From contig CAZAUT010000004.1 of assembly GCA_964488535.1 (NCBI GenBank), positions 3,409 to 67,408 on the forward strand: 64,000 nt of DNA, given 5' to 3'. This document shows positions 1 through 8,773 of the stretch, piece after piece. Source of the DNA: an uncultured Gammaproteobacteria bacterium. GTDB lineage: Bacteria; Patescibacteriota; Microgenomatia; UBA8517. Within the stretch, counting starts at the first letter, position 1, and the number at the start of each line of letters is the position of its first letter. The notes beneath the pieces are model-generated. The model was not told where the DNA came from. It made no database searches and saw only the letters and a list, made by a program, of their open reading frames with translations. The translations under genes and the position numbers were made by a program.

Positions 1-1
1 T

Positions 2-112
2 CCTACACCCAATCAGAATGCATCCGAATTGCCGTCGGCAGGAATTTCTTTCCCAACAATAATAACGATTTCAATCGGAATTATCTTTCTTCTCCCGATG
101 CTTATTATTTAG
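2..112 (+). CDS. 3' end of an upstream gene (partial; hydrophobic C-terminus ...ISIGIIFLLPMLII*)
   Basis: Open frame from the window edge to TAG at 110-112. Only 36 codons are visible and no family can be assigned. Confidence 0.2.
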   Translation, partial: PTPNQNASELPSAGISFPTIITISIGIIFLLPMLII

Positions 113-202
113 GCCTACTTCTCTTTTGTTTATTTAATTTTTTACTTATTTCTTATCCCTTTTGACAAAGTCTAAAGTTCTGTTAATTGGTATACTGTTT
201 TA

Positions 203-1861
203 ATGGTCAATTGTAAAAAGTTTAAGCAAAATTTTGCTTTCCTTGCGATACTTTTTCTCGGTATTGTTTTACGTTTTTATAAACTCGATTGGGGAGACGG
301 ACATTTTTATAATCCGGACGAGTATCACATAGTTGCTGCCGTTTCACGGCTCGAAGACGGTGGAATATTTTCCAATCCCAAACTTTTTTCCTACGGATCG
401 TTTACCGTTTACCTTATATATTTTACACACGTAATAATTACTTTCCTTATAAAAACAGGGCCTTTTAATATTTTTGTTATTGGGAGAATTTTGGCAGCTC
501 TTTTTTCCGTTCTTACCATTTTCAATGTTTATTTTATTTCAAAAAAAATATTCGCCGGTAAGAGTCCTCCGGCTTTAATTAGTGCACTTATCACAGCCTT
601 AACGCCGGGACTTATTCAACAGGCGCATTTTTTGACACCCGAGTCTTTTATGACCTTTTGGATAACCTTGTCTTGCTACTTTTTAATAAAATATTCCGCT
701 AAGCAAAGATTTCTTGATTTGATATTTTGCGCAGCAAGCATCGGTATTGCTGGGGGGACAAAGATCTCGTCGTTTGCCGTTCTTCCTTTGATATTGTCTG
801 TTATCATTCTTACTAACATCAAAAGAGGGGGGGCTCTTAAAAATCTTCGAAGCATGATTTTGTTTTCCGTAATCACTTTTATATTTTTCTTTTCCTCCTT
901 CCCCTACGCGATACTTGATTACGAAAATTTTAAAGGTACAACGCGCTACGAAAGCTCTCTTTCGTTCGGAAAACAAAAAGTTTTTTATACAAGAAGTTTT
1001 GAGGACACTACCCCCTTCGTTTTCCAAATGACAAAAATATATCCATATTCTTTGGGCGGGGTTTTGACCGTTTCTTCGTTCGTGGGACTATTATTTATAA
1101 TTGTTTCCGTTTTCACTAACAAAAAGCGACGCGGGGTGTTCATAATTCTAACCGGCTATTTCCTATCGTATTTTGTATTCAATTCGCTTCTTTATACCAA
1201 GTGGACACGTTTTGTCCACCCCACAATTCCCTTTTTGGTAATCTTTACATTCACCGGAATTCACGTCTTTTCGCGATATTTTAAAAACGACATTTTGAGA
1301 AATAGAACCAAAATAATTCTCTGGGGTTTGGTTACTATTCCAACTTTGGTTTGGGGGTTAATGTATTTTAATATTTATACTAATACTGACGTTAGAACTA
1401 CGGCAACAGAGTGGATAAATAAAAACATTCACAGAAGTAGTTTAATTCTTACTGAAACAGGCAACACCTTGGAAGTTCCTTTGTCGGGGGGTTACAAAAT
1501 AATCCCTTTTGATTTTTACAATCTCGACATAAATCCACAACTTTATTACAAATTGTTGGATCATATCGGTAATAGCGATTATTTCATTATCCAAAGCAGG
1601 AGGATTTATAAAAACCACGATAGTCAAAAGTTTCCGCTGGTTTATAATTTCTATAATTCCCTATTTTCAGGAAAGTTGGGATTTGAAGAAATTGCAAGTT
1701 TTAACTCCTACCCATCGTTGGAAATCGATAGTTGGAAATTTTCAATTCCTGACGAAGTCGCCGAGGAAACTTGGACTGTTTTCGACCATCCTGTTATAAA
1801 AATATATCGGAAGGTTAAATCCTATCCTAACAGTTATTATGTTGAGCTTCTTAAACGATAG
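203..1861 (+). CDS. GT-C fold membrane glycosyltransferase, GT39/PMT_2 (ArnT/PMT-like) paralog 1
   Basis: 552 aa and polytopic. The N-terminal luminal-loop motif YKLDWGDGHFYNPDEYHIVAAV (DE-type acidic motif) is typical of polyprenyl-phosphate-sugar dependent GT39/GT83 enzymes. It is paralogous to the 2003-3844 ORF. Confidence 0.6.
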   Translation: MVNCKKFKQNFAFLAILFLGIVLRFYKLDWGDGHFYNPDEYHIVAAVSRLEDGGIFSNPKLFSYGSFTVYLIYFTHVIITFLIKTGPFNIFVIGRILAALFSVLTIFNVYFISKKIFAGKSPPALISALITALTPGLIQQAHFLTPESFMTFWITLSCYFLIKYSAKQRFLDLIFCAASIGIAGGTKISSFAVLPLILSVIILTNIKRGGALKNLRSMILFSVITFIFFFSSFPYAILDYENFKGTTRYESSLSFGKQKVFYTRSFEDTTPFVFQMTKIYPYSLGGVLTVSSFVGLLFIIVSVFTNKKRRGVFIILTGYFLSYFVFNSLLYTKWTRFVHPTIPFLVIFTFTGIHVFSRYFKNDILRNRTKIILWGLVTIPTLVWGLMYFNIYTNTDVRTTATEWINKNIHRSSLILTETGNTLEVPLSGGYKIIPFDFYNLDINPQLYYKLLDHIGNSDYFIIQSRRIYKNHDSQKFPLVYNFYNSLFSGKLGFEEIASFNSYPSLEIDSWKFSIPDEVAEETWTVFDHPVIKIYRKVKSYPNSYYVELLKR

Positions 1862-1894
1862 TGCAGTTAAAATAATCACATGTTTTGTGAATTA

Positions 1895-1995
1895 TTGTCA
1901 TTCTGACTCCCGTTTGGCGGGGAAGAATCTCCCTACAAACGAGATCCTTCGTTTCAGTAAATTCAGCTTGGTTTCACTCAGGATGACGAAGGGGG
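1895..1995. repeat. MITE-like element with imperfect terminal inverted repeats (TTGTCATTCTGACTC ... CACTCAGGATGACGAA)
   Basis: About 100-bp intergenic element between two GT39 paralogs. The TGTCATTCTG terminus recurs in reverse complement at 27075 and 34757, and a related TGTCATTCCC terminus at 2557, 2640 and 36208. Confidence 0.4.
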
Positions 1996-2002
1996 TCTAA
2001 AT

Positions 2003-3844
2003 ATGAAAGTTTTTAACAAGATCATTCTTCTTTTTATTCTTTTCTTTGCTCTTGCGCTTCGTGTTTATGGGATCAATTGGGACCAAAATCAACACCTTCA
2101 TCCTGACGAGAGGTTTTTGACAATGACAACGGGTGCCATGGTTTGGCCGGAAACATTAGCCGAGTATTTAAGTCCTTCCGTTTCAAAACTAAATCCGTAT
2201 AACACAGGCACGATGTTTTATGTTTATGGAACACTTCCGACAACGATAGTCAAATATTTTTCCCGGTTCGAGTGGTTCGATGTCTTTCAATACAACAACA
2301 TTGCTCTAACCGGAAGATTGATCTCTGCGATCTTTGATATTGGGGTAGTTTACCTGATTTACTTGATCGCTAAAAATATATTTAACCAAAAGACCGGACT
2401 TTTGGCAGCGTTTTTATACTCCATATCGGTTCTCCCTATTCAGCTTTCCCACTTTTTTGCGGTTGATACGTTTTTGAACTTTTTCCTTGTTCTGTCTTTT
2501 TATTTTCTGGTTAAACTGTTAGATATTGCTTCGATTAAAAAAACATTGTCATTCCCGACTCGATCGGGAATCCATATGGAAAATATTTTTATTGATTCCC
2601 ACTTTTCCACCAGAGGCGGACTGTCGCGTGGGAATGACAGTGCTTGGTTCTATTCAGTGTTATTGAGCTTATCTTTCGGCGCCGCCCTTGCATGTAAGAT
2701 CTCCGCCCTGTATTTTCTCCCCGTAATTCTCTTGGGGTACCTTTTCTATTTCCTGAAGTTTCGCCCCCACCTACATACTACATACTATATACTATATACT
2801 GCTTTCTACCTGCTGCTTATTGCCTGCTTCGCGAGTGCGGCTTTCCGCATCCTTGATCCCCACGTTTTTACAGGCGGTCTTTTCCCGCCAAAAATAAGTC
2901 CGCAGTTTGTTCAAAACATTGAGTCGCTAAAGTCAATGGGGGTTAAGGGTTCAACTTTTCCTCCCGCAATCCAGTGGAACAACATAACTCCCATCATCTT
3001 TCCTTTAAAAAACATCGTTCTTTGGGGTTTGGGATTACCGTTGGGAGTTTTATCGGTTGTTGCAGTTATATACAAAATGATTGAAATGTTTATCGGTTTC
3101 TTTAAAGAGAATAATTTAAAAAGTTTCTATAATAATTTATTAGTAAAAGAATTTAATAGTGTGTTAATCCTCTTTTGGGTTCTCTTTCTTTTTTTCTACC
3201 AAGCCGTTCAACCAACCCCTTCCATGCGCTACTTCCTACCAATTTACCCTTTCGTTACCATTCTCTCCGCGCGTTTTTCCGAAAAATATTTGTTCCCAAA
3301 ATTTATTACTTCCCGCATACTACGTACTACATTCTACATACTACTGCTCTTATATCCCCTCTCCTTCCTCTATATTTACTCCCGTACCCATTCCCGCGTT
3401 TCGGCTTCTGAGTGGATTTATCAAAACATTCCGACCGGTTCCACTCTGTCTTGTGATGCATGGGATGATTGTCTGCCTTTGTCATTGGGAAAGGGACAAG
3501 TTATAAACCAATACAAAATTCTAACTTTGGAACCGTTCGTTCCCGACAGTATTGAAAAGGTAGGCAAATTTGAAAGCCAGTTAAAAGAGATTGATTATCT
3601 GATCTTTACCTCAAACCGCGCGTGGGGATCAATCCCCAAATGGCCGGAAAAATTCCCGTATATGGTCAAATTTTATGAAGACCTTTTTGCCGGAAAGTTT
3701 AACTTTGAAAAAGTTGCCGAAATAACATCTTACCCGACCATTCCGATACTGAACATTCCAATCCCCGACCAATCGTCGGAGGAAGCATTCACCGTCTACG
3801 ACCACCCGAAAGTGTTGATTTATAAAAACACCCAAAATAACTAG
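2003..3844 (+). CDS. GT-C fold membrane glycosyltransferase, GT39/PMT_2-like paralog 2 (carries in-frame repeat insertions)
   Basis: 613 aa. The N-terminal RVYGINWDQNQHLHPDERFLTMT motif is parallel to paralog 1. Relative to paralog 1 it has about 30 extra residues (TLSFPTRSGIHMENIFIDSHFSTRGGLSRGNDS), encoded exactly by an inverted-repeat element at 2557-2650. Confidence 0.6.
   Translation: MKVFNKIILLFILFFALALRVYGINWDQNQHLHPDERFLTMTTGAMVWPETLAEYLSPSVSKLNPYNTGTMFYVYGTLPTTIVKYFSRFEWFDVFQYNNIALTGRLISAIFDIGVVYLIYLIAKNIFNQKTGLLAAFLYSISVLPIQLSHFFAVDTFLNFFLVLSFYFLVKLLDIASIKKTLSFPTRSGIHMENIFIDSHFSTRGGLSRGNDSAWFYSVLLSLSFGAALACKISALYFLPVILLGYLFYFLKFRPHLHTTYYILYTAFYLLLIACFASAAFRILDPHVFTGGLFPPKISPQFVQNIESLKSMGVKGSTFPPAIQWNNITPIIFPLKNIVLWGLGLPLGVLSVVAVIYKMIEMFIGFFKENNLKSFYNNLLVKEFNSVLILFWVLFLFFYQAVQPTPSMRYFLPIYPFVTILSARFSEKYLFPKFITSRILRTTFYILLLLYPLSFLYIYSRTHSRVSASEWIYQNIPTGSTLSCDAWDDCLPLSLGKGQVINQYKILTLEPFVPDSIEKVGKFESQLKEIDYLIFTSNRAWGSIPKWPEKFPYMVKFYEDLFAGKFNFEKVAEITSYPTIPILNIPIPDQSSEEAFTVYDHPKVLIYKNTQNN
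2557..2650. repeat. MITE-like inverted-repeat element (TGTCATTCCCGAC ... GTGGGAATGACAG) inserted in-frame in a GT39 gene
   Basis: Termini are reverse complements of each other. The internal ACTCGATCGGGAAT also occurs at 36190-36207. The element is absent from the paralogous position in ORF 203-1861. Confidence 0.5.
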
Positions 3845-3846
3845 TG

Positions 3847-5352
3847 TTATTTAATATACATTGCCGTAAACACGTTCCACCCGCCTTCTGAATAAGTTAC
3901 AATTTTCTCTCCCGGAAAACATTTTTGATATATGTCGATCGTAGTTTTGTCGTTCGGATTAAAAATATATACAACGTTTCTCTCTTGAGGATCACATACG
4001 TTGTTGGCAAACCGACCGTCAATAATGTTTTCTCTACCCTCTTTATTTTTCAAATCATAATATATTGCTTTCGGTTCGGGCTGTCCCCATTCACCCCAGC
4101 AACAAGAGGTAAGACCAAGTTTCGTGTCTTTAGGTAGAAAGTCGATATAGTCCGAAATTATTTTCCCAAATGCAACATTTCTGTTTGGCAAATTTCGCGG
4201 ATACAAGACAAAATATTTATATAAATTCAGGGATGCAATGGCGGCAATTGTACAAATAAGAAACACTTTCTTGGTCCCCTTGTTACTAATTTTTTTGTAA
4301 AAGAAATAAATTCCCGAGGCAATAAATAAGTAGACAAAAGGGATCACTCCGATGGTCCTGCCGTTGTTCGGTGTCTCACGCAAATAAATACTCGGGGAAC
4401 AGGACGGGATGATTATAATAAAAAAAGTAATTATCATAAGCAGAAGCATTTTCTTGTCTTTTTTTAGCCAATAATAAAGCCCCACCATTAGGAAAACACT
4501 GCTTATAATATCAATATGTGTGGTGTTGGAAACGTTGGTTCTGAATCCCTCTTCCCCCTTAAAATGAAACATCCCCAGAGTTCTGACAACTCTAATTCCC
4601 ATTTTTTTATACGTATCAACCTGAAGAAATTGTTGTACTTTGGGTACCTTTGATCCCACATAACCGGTTGAAAAATTGTCTTTTTGAATATTGTAAACAC
4701 GAAAAATAATCAGAGTTGCCGGTAGAAACGCCAATACACAAAAGACCGCCATTTTATATTTCTTTTTAAATACAAGCCAAAGTAGTAATAATAACGGTAA
4801 GACAAATGTTTGAGGATATGTAAACAACCCCATGGAGGAAAAAAACACACCCGCTAACAAATACCGTAAGTCATTATTTTTTGTAAATTTTTCTGCAAAA
4901 AAGATCGTTGCGGACACAAGAAGAGGGATTGCAATTTGTGAATTTCCGACACGCGCCCAAACAATTGTCCAAAAAGAAATTGAGGATATTAGTGCCGTTA
5001 ACAAAGCAATTTTTTGTCCTGCCAATTTCTTTGCTGAAAGATATGTAAAATAAACCCCCAACCCACCAACCAAAACCGAAGCAATTTTATAGTGTATGTA
5101 ATTCTGTCCAATTACCAAAATTAGCGGAGCTACTAAGTAATGATAAAAAGGCCCTGCACTCAATGAAAAGCCCCATGGCCAATGACCGTCAATAATTCGA
5201 CTGACGTATTCATGAAGTATCGAAATATCCCCAAACCATTCACCCGGAATTTCATTTAGTTTAAAAAGGGCTGATATTAAATACCCGAATAATATCAATT
5301 GGATTGGATATTTAACCACAGTTTTTTTAATTATTGTACAAGCACGTGGCAT
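3847..5352 (-). CDS. GT-C family membrane glycosyltransferase (ArnT/PMT_2-like) paralog 3
   Basis: 501 aa with about 11 predicted transmembrane segments. The N-terminal region (GDISILHEY...YHYLVAPLILVIG) resembles the 4-amino-4-deoxy-L-arabinose transferase / PMT_2 fold. Assignment is by similarity pattern only. Confidence 0.5.
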   Translation of the reverse strand: MPRACTIIKKTVVKYPIQLILFGYLISALFKLNEIPGEWFGDISILHEYVSRIIDGHWPWGFSLSAGPFYHYLVAPLILVIGQNYIHYKIASVLVGGLGVYFTYLSAKKLAGQKIALLTALISSISFWTIVWARVGNSQIAIPLLVSATIFFAEKFTKNNDLRYLLAGVFFSSMGLFTYPQTFVLPLLLLLWLVFKKKYKMAVFCVLAFLPATLIIFRVYNIQKDNFSTGYVGSKVPKVQQFLQVDTYKKMGIRVVRTLGMFHFKGEEGFRTNVSNTTHIDIISSVFLMVGLYYWLKKDKKMLLLMIITFFIIIIPSCSPSIYLRETPNNGRTIGVIPFVYLFIASGIYFFYKKISNKGTKKVFLICTIAAIASLNLYKYFVLYPRNLPNRNVAFGKIISDYIDFLPKDTKLGLTSCCWGEWGQPEPKAIYYDLKNKEGRENIIDGRFANNVCDPQERNVVYIFNPNDKTTIDIYQKCFPGEKIVTYSEGGWNVFTAMYIK

Positions 5353-5400
5353 CAGATTAAATTTTAACCGTTTCTTGAAGAAGAAATCATCTTCTGAATA

Positions 5401-6162
5401 TTATTTCTTTTCAAGAACAAAAAACACCGCAGAGGAACCAACAACCGAACTATTGTATTTTTGTAAATATTTATAAAGCAGATTTTCGACCATAGTGAAG
5501 CGCTGCGGGAAAATAATCCACTTCTTCATTAGTTTATAACTGATCAGGGAATCGATAGATAGATAATGAAACAGTTCTATCAATCGAGATGTCTTCTTGT
5601 CGATATACCCGATCTTGTTTATTGTCGAAAATCCCGCTTTGTTAAACTCCTCCTCCCACTGCTTTCCAGACAGCAAATTAGGGTGTCTTTGAATTTTTCT
5701 CATCCAATCCAAGTATTTTTTCCCGAATATTTTTCCACCAAGTAAGTGTTCGTTCCACCTATCGGTCATGACACTTAAATAAAACTTACCGCCACTTTTT
5801 GTAACTCTACCTAATTCTTTCAAAACTTTTCCCAAACCCTCAACGTGCTCCATTACACAATTTGAAATTACCGTAGAAAAAGTCCCGTTTTTAAACGGAA
5901 GCTTAATACCGTCATACAAGTACACCTTTTTATAAATCCCGGATCTTTTTGCATCCAATAACACTTTCCCGTCAATGTCCACTCCCGCCTCAATTTTTTT
6001 CTTTTCAAAAAGAGTTTTGGCAAAAAAACCGTCCCCGCATCCAAAATCCAGAACCGGTTTTTTGAAAGGCATCAAGTTATGAAAAAGTTGAAGCTCATGC
6101 GGTCTGATAAAGCTATAAAACAGCGGTCGATTATAAAGATACGCTTTTAAAAATATTTTCAT
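5401..6162 (-). CDS. class I SAM-dependent methyltransferase
   Basis: Motif I LDFGCGDGFF plus VISNCVMEHVEGL (Methyltransf_11/25-like). Confidence 0.7.
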   Translation of the reverse strand: MKIFLKAYLYNRPLFYSFIRPHELQLFHNLMPFKKPVLDFGCGDGFFAKTLFEKKKIEAGVDIDGKVLLDAKRSGIYKKVYLYDGIKLPFKNGTFSTVISNCVMEHVEGLGKVLKELGRVTKSGGKFYLSVMTDRWNEHLLGGKIFGKKYLDWMRKIQRHPNLLSGKQWEEEFNKAGFSTINKIGYIDKKTSRLIELFHYLSIDSLISYKLMKKWIIFPQRFTMVENLLYKYLQKYNSSVVGSSAVFFVLEKK

Positions 6163-6195
6163 ATTTCTAAGACAACTCTGTTAATTCAACAGCAC

Positions 6196-6951
6196 CTATT
6201 TTTTAACAAAATAACGATAAAACACCCACCCTTTACCTGAATCATTATCGCGTTTAGTATTCAATATAATCGCCCCCTTTTGCAGTAAAAAATCTTCAAC
6301 CACTTGTCTTTTAATTCCATACATACCAAACCTATCAACCTTTTTTCCCATTAGATATCTCAAAACTCCAGAAAATCCTTCTCCGCGCAAGATGTTTAGA
6401 AATCTTTCCGGTATAATTCTTATCAGAAAACCTTTTATATTCCACGTCGGAGTACTTGGCAAATTAAACACCAACACCCCATTTTTTTTGAGGACCCTAA
6501 AAAGTTCGCTAATATAATTAAGGGAGTATTTTTGGGGGATATGTTGAAGAGTTTTATTACTATAGATAAAATCGAATGTATTGCTTCTGAAGATATTAAG
6601 ATTGTTCTCGTTGTTTAATATATATTCAACATCTTTATTCTGTTTCAACTTTTCTGCAAGTTTCACCATTGAAGTTGCTGCATCGACTCCAGTGGTATGT
6701 TTAAAATGTTTTGATAATGCTTGAGTTAAACGCCCAACTCCACATCCAAAATCCAATGCTTTGTCTCGTGAAAAAAATATTTTACTTCTTTCTAATTCAT
6801 TCAGAAGTTTTTTTACTTCCAATTCACCTTCTCTAAAAAAGTCACTCCTTTTCCACTTTCCATCTTTTTTATCATGATCCGTCAAAACCGCCCAAAACGG
6901 GTCGTGTTTGCCTAAATTATTCCAGTATTTGGTATTTGTTTTAAGGTTCAT
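6196..6951 (-). CDS. class I SAM-dependent methyltransferase
   Basis: Motif I ALDFGCGVGRLT, acidic residue after beta2, and VLVFNLP post-I motif. Confidence 0.7.
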   Translation of the reverse strand: MNLKTNTKYWNNLGKHDPFWAVLTDHDKKDGKWKRSDFFREGELEVKKLLNELERSKIFFSRDKALDFGCGVGRLTQALSKHFKHTTGVDAATSMVKLAEKLKQNKDVEYILNNENNLNIFRSNTFDFIYSNKTLQHIPQKYSLNYISELFRVLKKNGVLVFNLPSTPTWNIKGFLIRIIPERFLNILRGEGFSGVLRYLMGKKVDRFGMYGIKRQVVEDFLLQKGAIILNTKRDNDSGKGWVFYRYFVKK

Positions 6952-6952
6952 G

Positions 6953-8059
6953 TTATTTTAACAATTCGAGATACTTACTTTGGTTGTTGAATAAATCAAT
7001 GATTAATTTATTATTCTTAACATATCGTCTCTTATTCGTTAATATTTTTACTATCGCTTTCGCCAAATCTTTTACATTATTGATGGTAACAACTATTCCC
7101 ATCTTTGTCTGTTTGACTGGGATTCTTACTCCTGGTAAGTCGGTAACCACAACCGGGCACCCCTTTGCCATTGCCTCTATTTGAACCATTCCGAACGACT
7201 CCTGTCTTTCAACAGATGGCAAAACCAAAACGTCAATCTCTTTGTAAAACCCAAAGAGTTCTTCATCGGTTAATTTACCAAGTTCGATAATATATTTTTT
7301 GTACTTTTTAAGCAGCCCTTCAATTTCACCCACTTGGCTTCCGCCAATAATATCGCTTTTTGGTCCGACAAGAAATATTTTAAAATCGGGTAACTTTTCT
7401 TTTAAATATTTGGCTGATTCCAGCAAATACCCCACTCCTTTTTCTTTCGAAATTCTTCCTACATATCCTATCTTATATTTTATATTTTTATATTTATTTA
7501 AAACCTTGCTTTTTGCTTTTTTGACAACAACCGGAGGATATATAAAAGCAAGTTTCTTTTTAAAAAGCCCCAAAAACCACGAGTTGTCGGCGTAATCCTG
7601 GGAATTGGTCACGATCTTATCCGCCAAGAGACAAGTAATGAAATTACTCAAATAAACAAGTGTTGTACTTATAATATTTAGAACCCCCTTCCAAAAGGAA
7701 AGATCGCAATGGTAAGTTACAATAATTTTTTTCCTTAACACCCGCGCAATAATTGCCGTAACAAATCCTTCAAATTGCGGCAGATGAATGTTAACAACGT
7801 CTGCGTGTTTTACGGCATTAATAGCTTCCATAAAATAGGTTGGCATCAAAACTCCCCTTCCAATCGCAATCGGCGACCATACTCGATGTACTGTTACCCT
7901 GCCGCACTCTTCTTCTTTTTGAAGATTATTTTGGTGTCTTGAAGTTAAAATTAATACACCATGGTTTTTTGACGCAAAATATTCTGATAGATTCTTAACG
8001 TAATTCGTCAGTCCGCTGACGTTTGGAAGATAGTAGCTTAGAGTTATTAGAATATTCAT
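6953..8059 (-). CDS. glycosyltransferase family 4 (GT-B, retaining)
   Basis: C-terminal EX7E-type region ...VLVLPSVERQESFGMVQIEAMAKGCPVVVTDLPG. The 3' end is 2 bp from the upstream methyltransferase. Confidence 0.8.
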   Translation of the reverse strand: MNILITLSYYLPNVSGLTNYVKNLSEYFASKNHGVLILTSRHQNNLQKEEECGRVTVHRVWSPIAIGRGVLMPTYFMEAINAVKHADVVNIHLPQFEGFVTAIIARVLRKKIIVTYHCDLSFWKGVLNIISTTLVYLSNFITCLLADKIVTNSQDYADNSWFLGLFKKKLAFIYPPVVVKKAKSKVLNKYKNIKYKIGYVGRISKEKGVGYLLESAKYLKEKLPDFKIFLVGPKSDIIGGSQVGEIEGLLKKYKKYIIELGKLTDEELFGFYKEIDVLVLPSVERQESFGMVQIEAMAKGCPVVVTDLPGVRIPVKQTKMGIVVTINNVKDLAKAIVKILTNKRRYVKNNKLIIDLFNNQSKYLELLK

Positions 8060-8667
8060 TTTCCATCAAAATAACTTTTATTGTCCGAAACATATACCAA
8101 ATCAACATTTTTCACTTTCTTTTTTAAATTATTCAAAAGGGGTTTGTCATCGTCAATAAATACTTTCAGTTTCAATTTTTTTATCATCCTCTCTTTATAA
8201 ATATGCGGTTGCTCGTTATTCATATTGATATAAATGTGTTTAAAAAACTTTCTCATTTTGTAAAACTTAAACCACTCTTTTGTCCTTTCGTCTAAAAATG
8301 AATATCGGGAAGAAACAACAAACAGTTCGTATTTATTGCTTTTATAAAGTTCCTTAATAAGCTTGATATTTTTTCTTATTGGATGTCTGAAAAGTGGGTT
8401 GTGACTAATAATCCTTACGGATATTTCAAAGGCGGTTTTCGGGTAACGGTAGGAAAGACGGTGGTCAACCTTCTCCCGTACCAATTTTTCCATCAAAGAT
8501 TGGGGAACAAAAAATGGTTTACCGATAACAACTCCGTCAAGATCAAAACCGATTCTAATTTTTTTTCCGGTTGACATTGTCCTCCTGTAAAAATACATTA
8601 ACAAATGTAATAATTCAAATACGTACCAAATAAGTACCAATTTCAAATATATACCAATAAATACCAA
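8056..8667 (-). CDS. HAD-superfamily hydrolase-like protein
   Basis: N-terminal IRIGFDLDGVV (DxDG(T/V) nucleophile motif). There is a 4-bp overlap with the GT4 gene. Confidence 0.45.
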   Translation of the reverse strand: MVFIGIYLKLVLIWYVFELLHLLMYFYRRTMSTGKKIRIGFDLDGVVIGKPFFVPQSLMEKLVREKVDHRLSYRYPKTAFEISVRIISHNPLFRHPIRKNIKLIKELYKSNKYELFVVSSRYSFLDERTKEWFKFYKMRKFFKHIYINMNNEQPHIYKERMIKKLKLKVFIDDDKPLLNNLKKKVKNVDLVYVSDNKSYFDGK

Positions 8668-8773
8668 TTCCCAATTGGAAATTGGTGATCATTGGTGAAC
8701 ATTTGTATTTATTTGTATTTATTGAAAATTTAGCAAATCACTGACAGTGTATTAATTTTGCTATACAGTCATT

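Noticed and set aside
676-1027. Numerous 60-140 aa ORFs on the opposite strand inside large genes (e.g. 676-876, 683-1027, 22515-22934, 48114-49568, 57365-57634)
   Set aside because: They lie wholly within well-supported longer CDSs (GT39, ALDH, GroEL, ValS), have low-complexity translations and no recognisable motifs. They are shadow ORFs.
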